A DNA stretch of 60,000 nucleotides from Callorhinchus milii (taxonomy: Eukaryota), in assembly GCF_018977255.1 (NCBI RefSeq), contig NW_024704743.1, forward strand, positions 41,418,001 to 41,478,000. Reading direction: 5' to 3'. The position numbers and the translations under genes are program-made. Positions 49,506 to 60,000 of this stretch are shown in pieces. The notes under the pieces are model-generated. The model searched no databases and was not told the DNA's origin. It saw nothing but the letters and a program-made list of their open reading frames with translations. The first letter of the stretch is position 1. Every line of letters begins with the position of its first letter.

Positions 49506-50431
49506 AGGCTTTCTGGCCAACGGGTATTCTGGCCAACAGTCCACCCAAAGAAAATTAGTCATTCACCTTCAAGGCTGTTTTTAGGACTTGACTGTGTGCA
49601 AGTCATTCGTCTACAACTACGTGGTCACTAGACTGTACAATATATCCTGTGAAGCACTTTGAGATGTCGTCCTGATGTGAAAGATACTAAACCACAATGC
49701 AAGGAATTATTACTATTATTCCCTCACACTGATCCGATCCAATGGCATTTCCAGAAATCCATGCCTTGAATGTGGCTTTATGCACATTTGCACTTAGAAT
49801 GTAGTGGGGGGAGGGGATTGTTGGAGGCCCCCACTGGAATATTTATAGTTATTTAATGCAATAATTATCAGACGTATTAGTAAATTGACTGCAATGTACT
49901 AGGAGCTGGGATTATGACTTCAGAATCCAGACATGAGAGAAGATATCAGACACCATCAGATGGCAATAGAATCAGCAAGTGTGAGGCAACTGCACTGAGA
50001 ATGTCACTAACGGCTGAACTGCTACACAACAAAACATGTCCCTTTTACTTCAGCATGTAACGGCTTTCCTCTATTGCATTTCACTGCAGATTCGCGCCTG
50101 TCACCTACACTGTGATTCCATAGATGATCTGTCTTTTCTTCCAAAGTTTGATCTTGACATGTCTAGCATTCTTTAATCCATCAAAGATGACAGCAAGAAG
50201 CAGACACTATCTTCTGTGAACTAATTATACGATCATTTTTTTAAAAAAAAGTGCAGGCAAAACAGTGGCTTTCTCCACAGCTGTCAACAGGACTGATGAA
50301 GCAGAATGCTGGGATCATGATAATTTAACACAGAGGTCTCTACCACCACTGGAAAATCATGAAGCATAATTTTTATTTTGTAAATTCAGAACTTTTGTGT
50401 AGCAGAACTATAAATGAACCATTTTCATTCA

Positions 50432-50575
50432 TGGGCGGGGCAAAACCTTCGGCAAGTTTCCTTACTCCACAGGCCTATGTTTAGCTAGCAGTAAGTAGGA
50501 ACCCAAATGTTAGTGGATTGGCGGATCGCTTTTCCAGGAGTAATAATCCCTCCAAAAAAATTCTGCCAATTATGA
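50432..50575 (+). mobile_element. Chimeric SINE long-form 5'/middle fragment
   Basis: ggcaagtttccttactccacaggcctatgtttagctagcagtaagtaggaaccc. Confidence 0.85.
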
Positions 50576-50584
50576 ATCTATATT

Positions 50585-51280
50585 CACGTCTTGCCCAGTG
50601 AGGAGTGTTTGTCAAGGCGTCTTTTATGAGGTATTTTGCTGTATCATATGGCTTCCCATTGTCGATTTGGGCTGCCACCTCCTCATAAAAGTTTATGAGA
50701 TAGGTCAGGCAAGACTCAACTCTTTCTGAAACTGTGTTGGCTGTAATTTGTTTTTATTATTTTTATATAATAATAATCCTTGCATTTGATGGATGTCTCA
50801 CAGTGCTTCACAGAATATACTGTATAGTGAATTGACTATATTTTGGGGTAATACACAACAGCCAATTGCACACAGCAGTGTCCCACAAACAGTCGTGGAT
50901 TGAGTGACCAATTTATTATTTGTTATTTTTAGGTAATCTTCCACTTCCTTTCTGATGATTTACTCCATAATGTTTCCTATTATTGAGGTCAGATTAATGG
51001 GTTTATAGTTTCCAGGTTTAGCTTTGTCGACCTTCTTGAATAGCTCTCCGAGATGCTACCCTGCATGAAAGTCGCTATATGACTGCAAGTTGGTGTTGTT
51101 ATTGTTAAATATGTGAACAACATCTGCTTGCTTCGAGTTTGTTTGAACCTCCCCAGTCCTGATTAACTCCCTCATAATGTGTGTCAGTGCTGCACAAATC
51201 TCCTGCCTTGTCTCCCTAAGTAACCTGAGGTACAGTTCATCCATCCAAGTTGTTTTAAGCCCCTTGAGCTGATCCAGAAG
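50585..51280 (-). mobile_element. CR1 RT N-terminal fragment with two nested insertions (SINE 50768-50925; L2 tail 51044-51106)
   Basis: LRLLRETRQEI...DVVHIF / LFKKVDKAKPGNYKPINLTSIIG / CLTYLINFYEEVAAQIDNG. Confidence 0.85.
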
Positions 51281-51694
51281 CTGAGGCCTCCTTTATGCTA
51301 ACGTCCTGAAACTCAAATAATGTTTACAGTGTTTGAACTGACCAGCAGCAGTGCACTTTGTGTTTTCAAAACATCAAAAGATTCACTGTCTGTTAAATAT
51401 TGAACATAATGTTGATTCTTGGCAGCGAATTAGAGACAGTAATCTGATCTTGTAGTTCAGTTGACAATCATCAACCTTTTTGGATTCACTCATATGGTTT
51501 ATAATATTATTTCATGTTTGATTCCTTACTGCCTTGTAATTCAGTGACAGACATACAGCCTGCTCTATTCCTTCAGATCCCAGGTCATTGAATGCTTCTT
51601 TGGATCATTTGACATGTGGCCCATTCAAATGGCCCTTGAAATGGAAATAGGAATACAGCACTATAACAGGAGGAGAAGTCTGTGAAACAGCAAT

Positions 51695-51905
51695 TCAGGC
51701 TATGCAGTTTTAGCTAGTTAAACTCCCAGCGGCACTTTCCAGAGTTAGATAAGAAGGATGCTTTCCTCCAGGGAAACAATGTGCACTCTATTCCAAAACA
51801 AATGGGAAACGTCCATGTGCAGGTAGCAGGCGTATGTAAAACAACTTCTGGTTTGTATACTCTTAAGCATGGTAATGTTTCAGACACCCAGCTGACCAAA
51901 AACAT
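51695..51905 (+). mobile_element. Family U1 copy
   Basis: ttttagctagttaaactcc...tactcttaagcatggtaatg..tcagacacccagctgaccaaaaac. Confidence 0.75.
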
Positions 51906-53799
51906 ACCACACTTACACACATAAACATCTGAGAAACTAGACAGCTGAATACTGGCTTCCTCTAAACTAGTCTGTCCTGGTCAAATAGGAGCATTTTAAT
52001 CTAATATATCCTCCCTTATTCTCAAATACCAGCTCTTATCTCATGAAGACAGATAAAACACCACCTTTTCCCTTACTATTACAACCTGTATTGTTCTGAG
52101 ATGTAGGCTCTCACATCAACAACGACATGCTCCACTTTCAAAAACAGTTCCAACACCATTACAGCCTGCTCTATTCTCAAATGCCAGTGCTACATCATGA
52201 ATATAGCCTCACCCCACTCTCAGATAATGTGTCCTCCATCAAAATCCTATTATGTTTCAAATGCAGGTGTTTCCATCACTAAAGAAGCCTGCACTCGTCA
52301 CGAACACCATTCGCTGCAACACAAATGCAGATTTCTTACTTTCACTTATTTTCAAAACAGCGCATTCACTGTGATAATTTGTGTAACTTGCCTGCTTTAA
52401 AGCATATATACACTGAACAAGTGTGAGTTGAGAATGAGATGTGCTAAAATGTAAAAGATGAGCAGAGATCATTATTATATTAATTAATAATGCATACAAT
52501 TGAATGCACTACATGTATGTATGATAACGACTATGCCACAAAGGACCTCCTTCTATGTTGAAAAGTTTGTACATTCTAATAGATAACAGCACATACAGGC
52601 CAGAGAATTTCAAATATACTCTATCCACCTGGGAGGAAACCCTCAGGACTTGGCTATTAGACTCCACAGTTCTTGACAGATAAATGCTTATAGAAGTAAA
52701 CAGTCCAATTCAAAAAGATGGTCAAGGTTCAAGAAATATATTTTTGCACATGACTGGTTTGTACTCCCACCTGAGTGAATGACACTGGTAAAAGCTGTGA
52801 CCTTGAAATTTTGTTGCTTTTGTTTCTGAGAAATCTTGCTGAGATCAAACGTTAGTATGTTGCCAATCCAATTCATTGGTGGATTAAAAATTTCCTTCAG
52901 TTTTTGATGTCTTTTTGAATTATTGAATTACATATATCAGTTACTATTGTTTTAAGTTCAGTTATCAATCTATCACCAGAATCTTTAATTATTGCTGCAT
53001 TAATTCTTGCAAAGGCAATCTCACAATATTGGAGGATATGCCAATTCATATCCCTCTCACCGTTTGTTTAAATATTTTCATCCAATATTTCAATTACAAC
53101 CACCCTCCTCCTGTCACTCACCCCTCTTTGTCTGAAAAGGTAGAGAGACAACGCTGTTCATAGTTCTCCTGCCAATATTGCTCTCTAGCTAGCTGTAAGA
53201 GTCATGCTGCTTGACTGACTCTTTAGTTTCCACTATGTCCTTGTGGTGAAGGCTTCTCCTATTCTGACTTTTACTCCTGGCCCAGATAGGAAACTTAGAG
53301 AACATGGATGTGAATTTCTTTATTTGACTCAATGTGTTAATACATTTGAACATCAATGTACAGTATAGTAAAGTACTGTAGAGTGATACACAGTATTTAT
53401 CTCTCTTTGTGTATGTCGAGTTCTCCGGTTCTCTGTCCTGTATGGAAGGTGCTATACAATTGCAGGTTGTTCCTCTTTAAGTATAATACCTTGCTAATCA
53501 TGTACAGTTGAAGAAGCTATGACTGTGATAGTTTTGTTTTAATTTCCCCATCAAATCAAAGAAAAAAAAGTTTTATCTTGACTTACACATGTTCTGATCA
53601 TTCTGGCAAGGCAACAGTCTCTTCTACACCAATACTGAACTGCAATCCAATCGGTAACTAAAGGGATAGATTTAATTGACCATCCAGCGCCTTGGGACGT
53701 CCTCTCGACATGAAAGGCACTGTACAAATGTAATTCTGTATTGCATTAATTCATTTATTGATTCATATATTTATTGATTATATGTGCACCAACAAATAC

Positions 53800-54240
53800 G
53801 ACGGTGACTTGCATATAAATAGTGCCACTTACGCACAAGTAGCGTCCCAGAGATCCTGACAGTGGCGGAGCACGATGCCGAGCCAGGGGGAGGGGAGAGT
53901 TACCCGGAGGCACGGTCAAAGAGGAAGGTCGTCAGGTGTGACCTGAAGATAGGGAAGGAGGGGCAAGGAAGGAGGGGGCTGAGGGGAAGGTGGGATAGAG
54001 GGAGAGTGTTCCAGAGTTTCGGGGAGTAGTTGCTGAAATAGCGGCCATCGATGGTGGACTGGAGGACACGAGGGACAATTAGGAGGCTGGTGCCAAGGTA
54101 GTGCCAAGGAAGCGGAAGCAGCAGGCAGTGATTTGAGGGTTAAGCAGGTCAGAAAGGTAGGGAAATGCAAGGGCATGAAGGGATTTGAAGATAAGTGTTA
54201 CGATCTTAAAATGGATCCGTTCATGGAGCCATATCCCCAT
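53800..54240 (-). mobile_element. L2 3' fragment
   Basis: Homologous to 28980-29390; tail acttgcatataaatagtgcc. Confidence 0.85.
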
Positions 54241-54974
54241 CGTGTGATGGGGATATGGAGTGTAGTGTTGGGTTTATCAGCCTTGAAGAAAGGCTTTTAC
54301 ATCGCATGGTGCCATGCCACTGTGGCTTTGAGAATGTCTGAACTAGCATGTCGACCATGCCAAGTTTTAGTGGACCAAAAGACAGACATGTTACTGTGGT
54401 GTCACATCATCAGTCCATGTACAGAGAAAATCAAAAAACACCAGGCTTTCAGAGATTTGTTCCTGAAGGTGACATTCACTGAGTTCTCTCAAATCCTCAG
54501 TGTAGTGTACCAGTAATTTGCATCTAAATTGTTTGCGACAGACAGCAGCTAAGGTGAATCACTACTGTTGTTTTCCAGTTAAGCTTGTTTACTTGAATAA
54601 GCAGGGTACTTCTGTGTCTTAAAGGATTCCGAGCAACATAAAAGTTGTACCTTTTTAATATAACAAGAAATAAATTGGGGTCAATTGAGCGTTTTGCAAT
54701 GCGTGCATTGATATTAACCAAGCAGCAGCTAAAGGTCGCTGAACTGTAGATTATCTCCACACTGGGAAAATGTTGCGAGCTGTAATCAGATCAGAAAATA
54801 ACTTAGAGCAACATGCTACTCCTTTAAATTATGTGTGCATTTTGACAAGATTATTTCTGGTACTTGATCATACATGTATGTGTGTATATATATATATATA
54901 TTTATATATGTTTTGTCCAGTTGTGTAGCGTTATCTAGACTTTGCTGGTCTTGACAATGTACACCTATGTGTTT

Positions 54975-55110
54975 CCACGCCTAATAATAATCCCTCCAAA
55001 ACAAAAAGCAATAATGAAAATTTGTCATTTTCAATCTACGACTGTTTGTGGGACATTGCTGTGCGCAATTGGCTGCCGCGTTCGCCCACAAATTCAATTC
55101 GCTTTACATA
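54975..55110 (+). mobile_element. Young chimeric SINE internal fragment
   Basis: ccacgcctaataataatccctcc...ctgtttgtgggacattgctgtgcgcaattggctgccgcgttcgccc. Confidence 0.9.
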
Positions 55111-55494
55111 ATTCAACAAGTGATGGTTAACTTAGCAATGAAACTTCCAAAGTAGGCTGTGTGTACACACAGTGTGTTCAAGACCTCCACAACAACTGTT
55201 TACACTCAGTGTCCCAAGCATCTTGAGGTTCAAAGCCTGAATCCGCCCTGAACTGTCACACACAGGTATAACTTGGTTGCAAATCTAGAGCCTAGTGTGC
55301 AGATGATCGTTCATCTATCCGGCCGACTTGACTGAAGAGTGAGAGATGCCTCCACATTATGTCAATAAACACATTGGGTAAGTTGGTCTGAGTTAACACT
55401 TGATCGTAACGTGGTTGAACTATTTGTAAGCATATGCCAAGAATCTGGCATTGTCGCCGCTTGTAGAATGCTTGTACATTTCCAATGTACAGTA

Positions 55495-55760
55495 AAATAA
55501 TAATCCTTAATAATCCTTGCGTTTGTTATTGAAACTTTCACTTTAGGAGAATGTCACAAAGCTCTTCACAAGATTCGTTATAAAATGAAGTGACTGTGTG
55601 TGTTCTTTTGGTTAATGTGGCAGTCGATTTGCACACAGCAACATCCCACAAACAGCCATGAAGTGAGTTACCAATTTTATTCGGGGATTGTTGCCAGAAC
55701 ACCCTTATTAGAGAAACTCCCTTCTCTTAAATAGGGTACAGATATCTTAATAAGATCCAG
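55495..55760 (-). mobile_element. Old DeuSINE 3' part
   Basis: aataatccttgcgtttg tail and gcagtcgatttgcacacagcaacatcccacaaacagc. Confidence 0.75.
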
Positions 55761-58289
55761 AAGTACAAGCAATTACATGAATTAAAGGCTCTACAGGGAG
55801 ATCTGCTTCAGATTTACTCACTCCATTTTCTGTCTGAGCATTTTAATGCACAGTTGAAATGCACATTATAATCATTATGTCAGCTAATTAACAAACTTTC
55901 ACTACTCATTGCAAACAGTGCATTATAAAACACATTTGTCTAGGTGAGAAGTCCACATGGCAGGGAGATTACGTGTGAAACTTTGTTTCCTCCTTTCCAT
56001 ACAGACATCATAGATTTTCCATCACCGCCGCTAGGATTCATAAATATTGAAAATCTGCACTACCTGCAAATCTGTTTTGAATATAATAACTTTATTATGA
56101 AGTACCTCAACTTGCAAAATTGCAATTTTCCATTATCTGCATCTCATCTATTTTGTGATTATTATTATTAATTTTACACTGCACATTTGCAAAACATTAT
56201 CTCAATATTTCCAATGAATAACTCCCGGGGTATAATGCTTCCTAGATTACATAATAATTGTGCCTAACATCTAGCAGGTAAATCAGTGAATTCCAAACTG
56301 AAAATGATGTGAATTGGACCAGTTCAGGTTAATTCAATTTATTTTTAGTCTGATCTAGATATTTTAGCTGTTCTGTCCCTTAAAAACATGTCCTACTGTG
56401 CCTGTAAACTGTTGTCTGCACTGTCCAACTACAAACTTTCCATCTTTATAAATTTTGCCAATTAAACCTCTTCCAACTGTTAGCAGAAACCATTATGAAG
56501 AAATTACGTTTTATATATTTTATATAAAAAAAGGTGCACCACTATCTGGCATGAGGGGTCTGATAACATCTTTTAATTATTTATGCATCTTTGCAGTGAA
56601 GATGTAGCTGTGCTTTGGCAGGTAGTTCATTAGAAGTGTGGAAGCTTGTGGCACTGATGTGTCTTGGAAGAAGAAGCCAGGCAACCTTATTGTAATGATA
56701 TACCCATCCAATCTTATGCAGTGGGAAAAGAGAGTAAATGATTCAAACTGAAGTGTCTGTATGGTCGCTGAGAAATGCATGGGGTTTTCATGGTGATAAT
56801 GTATCTTTGTTGTACCTCACAAATAATGGAAGGTTTCACACACATTTTATAGAATAGGTTTTCCTTATATTAAGATGCTTAATATGAAAGCTACTGGCAT
56901 CTTGACATGTTGACCATCGACTTTCAATTTGGACGAGGGAGCATCAAGGCTGACACTGAACCCTCGTAGTGTTTGACAAGTGTACATGGCTATGAGATGT
57001 CTTATTGAATCACCTTGTTGCCAGTGAGTTTGAATTTCTCAGCATATGCTACAGATCGAAGCTTCTCTGCTTGTGAAAAATTCCAGTGCAAAATTTAAGC
57101 ATTCCAGAGTAAATCATTGTTAAAGGGAAATGTCTATATTTTTCTGAAGAATTCGTTGTTGAATGAATCATTTGTGTGTGAACTATGCTTCAACAATGCC
57201 ATTATAATATTGAAAAATTTACTTATATAAAAAATATATGGGGTGAAATGTGTTACAGTTTACATCCGATTTGCCTGAATCAGTTACAAAATGCTTTAAA
57301 ATTCACCCTTTTATATTTTTCGCCAGGCTAGCATATGGATGTGCAAGAACAAAGGTTTCTCATAGAGTATAGAGTTCTCATTTCAGAATTGCAAAATACA
57401 CTTTTGCTCGGAATAGAAAAATAAAATGGTTTGATTTTTGTAATGTCAAAATTTACTGCTTACTTTGAAAAATAATTTTGAAGACACTTGGGATTTGATT
57501 GTTTTCTTTGTTTGCAAAAGTTGGCAGTTTGGGATAAATGTTGCTTAACTGTCTCCACTATGAATAATTCTTAACTCATCTCAGCATGAATACTCACTGA
57601 TTTCAGTAGAATGAAGAACTACTTAACCATCATATCAAAGTCGATCTGTGCGTATTGCTTGCGTGTTCTTTGATAACAGCGTGCAGTTTAACATGACATT
57701 TTCCCCTATTTTAAGTCAATAACCTGAGTGTCTGATTGGCCTGTCATTGCTATCATTGTACTGCAAGAACCAGTGATGCAGCACAATTCTGATACCTCAT
57801 TTATAACACTGTCTAGCTGAGCAAATATAAACATGACTTCAAAATATTGTCACAACCCAAATATTGCGGAAACCAGTAAGTTGGAAATGACACCCTTTTC
57901 AATCGAACCAATGTTGTTCTTCAAGCCAATGACTCTTCATCCTTAAGTGGTCAACAAAATGTTTCTATATTTTTACAAAACAGCATAAATTCAGAGGTAG
58001 TGTTTGCTGTTTATTAGAGTTACATTACATCTGGTTTGCAGATAAATATGGAAGCTTTCATCTGCACAACAGTACAGTGAATCCGGCCCAAAACAGTTCA
58101 TTCAGCCTTCATGCCAGGAGGTTGTCTCAAAGTTCTTCACAGGATTTTCTGGAAAGTGTAGTGACTGTGTATTTTGTAGGTGAATGCAGCTGTCAATGTA
58201 TGCACAGCAGTGTACCACAACCAGCCTTTCTGTGGCTGAACTCTGTGGCTACAGTTTTCTGGACATGATTCACCAAATCTTCTATATAT

Positions 58290-58900
58290 TTTCTTTTCAA
58301 GCATATATCTACTATTAAGTCATCTCTTCCTCAAATCTAGTGAAAGTAGATGGCCTCTAATCTTTTGATGGACAGAGAATTCCACATTCCCACCATGAGT
58401 AATCCCCTTTACTTATTTCTATGATTATCTTAAATCTGTGCCCTCTTGTTAATAATTCAAAGCCCGGCAGAAATAATCTATCATTATTTATAAACATAAT
58501 ATTAATACTGTAATAGCAATCCTCACATTTGACAGAATGCCTTTTGCAAAGAGCTAACAATATTTACTGTAAAATATATTGACTGTGTATTTACCCTATC
58601 ATAGGGGAGAAATTCCACCTGTGTCTAAATTTACTCTATTTATGTAGCATTCTAGGAAATTCAGAATTTAGCACATTGTTAAATTCAGTCTTAATTTGGA
58701 ACTTGGTTTTCTGTTTAAAGAAACTGGCTTTGGAAATTAAGAATTTGTCTAATTCCGAATATTTTGAAATGCTACATAAATATGGCAAATCTAGGTCCAG
58801 GTGGAATTTCGCTTCATAATCTTGATTATCTTCATAATCTCTATCAAGTCATCCCTTAACTTCCTCAAACCTAGTGAAAGTGGATGCTGCTTATCCTATG
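58290..58900 (-). mobile_element. CR1 3' fragment interrupted by a SINE remnant and a MITE
   Basis: LSLGLRKLRDDLIEIMKIIK (58820-58885) and DRLFLPGFELLTRGHRFKI (58420-58485). Confidence 0.85.
58604..58815. mobile_element. Palindromic MITE, PIF/Harbinger-like, 3-bp ATA TSD
   Basis: ATA|GGGGAGAAATTCCACCTG...CAGGTGGAATTTCGCTTC|ATA; arms pair for about 65 bp including tatttatgtagcatt/aatgctacataaata. Confidence 0.8.
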
Positions 58901-59139
58901 ATCCTATGCGTTTGAAAAATCAGATACTGATCGACCTCTTTCTCTTAATATCCAATGTGTTTGTCTTGAAAAAGTAATTCTATAATGTTGTTGACTAATA
59001 TTACTGAAGCATATGTTTGTGACAGTGTAATGGTGAAGGAGGAAAATGCAGATTTACAGCATTTGCAGTTTTTCCTTTTACCTCATGGACAAGTATGATG
59101 ATCCAGATGTATAAGGCATATTATGATTACAGACTGGCA

Positions 59140-59300
59140 GCTAACTGGTTTGAATCTTGGTCTGGACTGGTTTGAGTCCTGGTCTGTGCTGCAGTTGCTG
59201 ATCTAGGTTGGAGATGCCTGAGGGAAACTAAATTGACTTTGATGGTCCTAGGTTAGTGAAAAGAAAATGAGCCAGGGTTCCTGCTGCTGACACCTCTCCT
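59140..59300 (+). mobile_element. Family U2 fragment with duplicated B-box-like 22-mer
   Basis: actggtttgaRtcYtggtctg x2 (59144, 59166); gagccagggttcctgctgctga resembles 34078-34100. Confidence 0.5.
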
Positions 59301-59634
59301 GTTAGAACATCCGTCACTTACAGCATGAAGGAAACTGGGAAAAAAATACATTGTTATACTTCTCTATCAATACAAAACTAATGCAGCTATTAAGTCAAAG
59401 TCAAATTCCTACAATCTGATCAATTAATCCAGATGCCAGAAAGCCATAAAAAACTCCCTATTCTTTCTGAATTGTGTCATAGAATCTTGAACATCCAACT
59501 GAACAGTTAGGTAGGTGGTTTAATGTCTAATCCAAAAGGAAATGCAGTGCTCCTCATTTCTGCACTTCAATGTGAGCTCAGACCATGTGTTCTAAAGAGC
59601 AGGATATAGCAATGGACAGTGATTATGTAATGAT

Positions 59635-59845
59635 ATTGGCTGTGCCCCCACTCACTAGAACTCCATCCCTCTGACACACTCGCTCCTGCCCTTTCTTCAA
59701 GCATGTCTCTTTGACTGCGCTTTCGGTCATCTTTCTGCTCCCCACCCCCTCGACTCCTATCCTTAGCTCGGGTGCTCAGCCAACACTGCCAATGTGCTTT
59801 GAGACATGCTCCTGACGTTAAAGTGAAAATGTAAATTGTCTTGCA
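59635..59845 (+). mobile_element. L2 3' end
   Basis: ctagaactccatccctc...ctctttgactgcgctttcggtc...gagacatgctcctgacgttaaag. Confidence 0.8.
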
Positions 59846-60000
59846 TAATGCAACAAGTCATTCCGAGAGACGTTAATCTATAGGGTGTTTTTTAATTGAT
59901 AAAAATGTTACTCAGAACAATGATTTTGTTATAATTGGTGAACTTGAGAAGAGGAACTATGTATGGCACATTGGTAATGTCACTTCATTGTTGGTTAGCT

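Noticed and set aside
53359..53377. miR-144-like sequence (tacagtatag...gtact)
   Set aside because: The middle mismatches and there is no complementary 5p arm or precursor hairpin
1..60000. CRISPR array or prokaryotic/viral system
   Set aside because: No regularly spaced repeat-spacer structure, operons or long intact ORFs; the repeats are vertebrate SINE/LINE types

Overview
AT-rich, repeat-dense vertebrate non-coding DNA (intergenic or deep intronic). The repeat types point to a cartilaginous fish, probably a holocephalan (chimaera); this is an inference, not a database result. I found no host protein-coding exon, rRNA, genuine tRNA or CRISPR array that I can support. Every recognisable ORF is a decayed piece of CR1-clade or L2-clade LINE ORF2. 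The largest is a ~1.9 kb 5'-truncated L2 at 28969-30850 (-) with RT motifs PQGSVLGP and YADDTQLY. The dominant element is a tRNA-Ala(TGC)-headed SINE that looks chimeric: a CORE-like segment, a Deu/Nin-like 3' half and an L2-derived tail. It occurs as an older long form and a younger internally deleted form whose 3' stem-loop has a different loop (TAGAA vs CTCCC) matching an L2 tail in this window. Also present are older SacSINE1/AmnSINE-like DeuSINEs, two Penelope-type repeats (one with a degenerate hammerhead ribozyme core), a palindromic PIF/Harbinger-like MITE family, two unclassified repeat families, several templated-insertion scars at element junctions, and repeat-free motif-rich blocks that may be conserved enhancers. 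I see no convincing wholly new biological system; the best leads concern mobile-element evolution. Element boundaries were read by eye and are approximate (about +/-10-20 bp unless stated).
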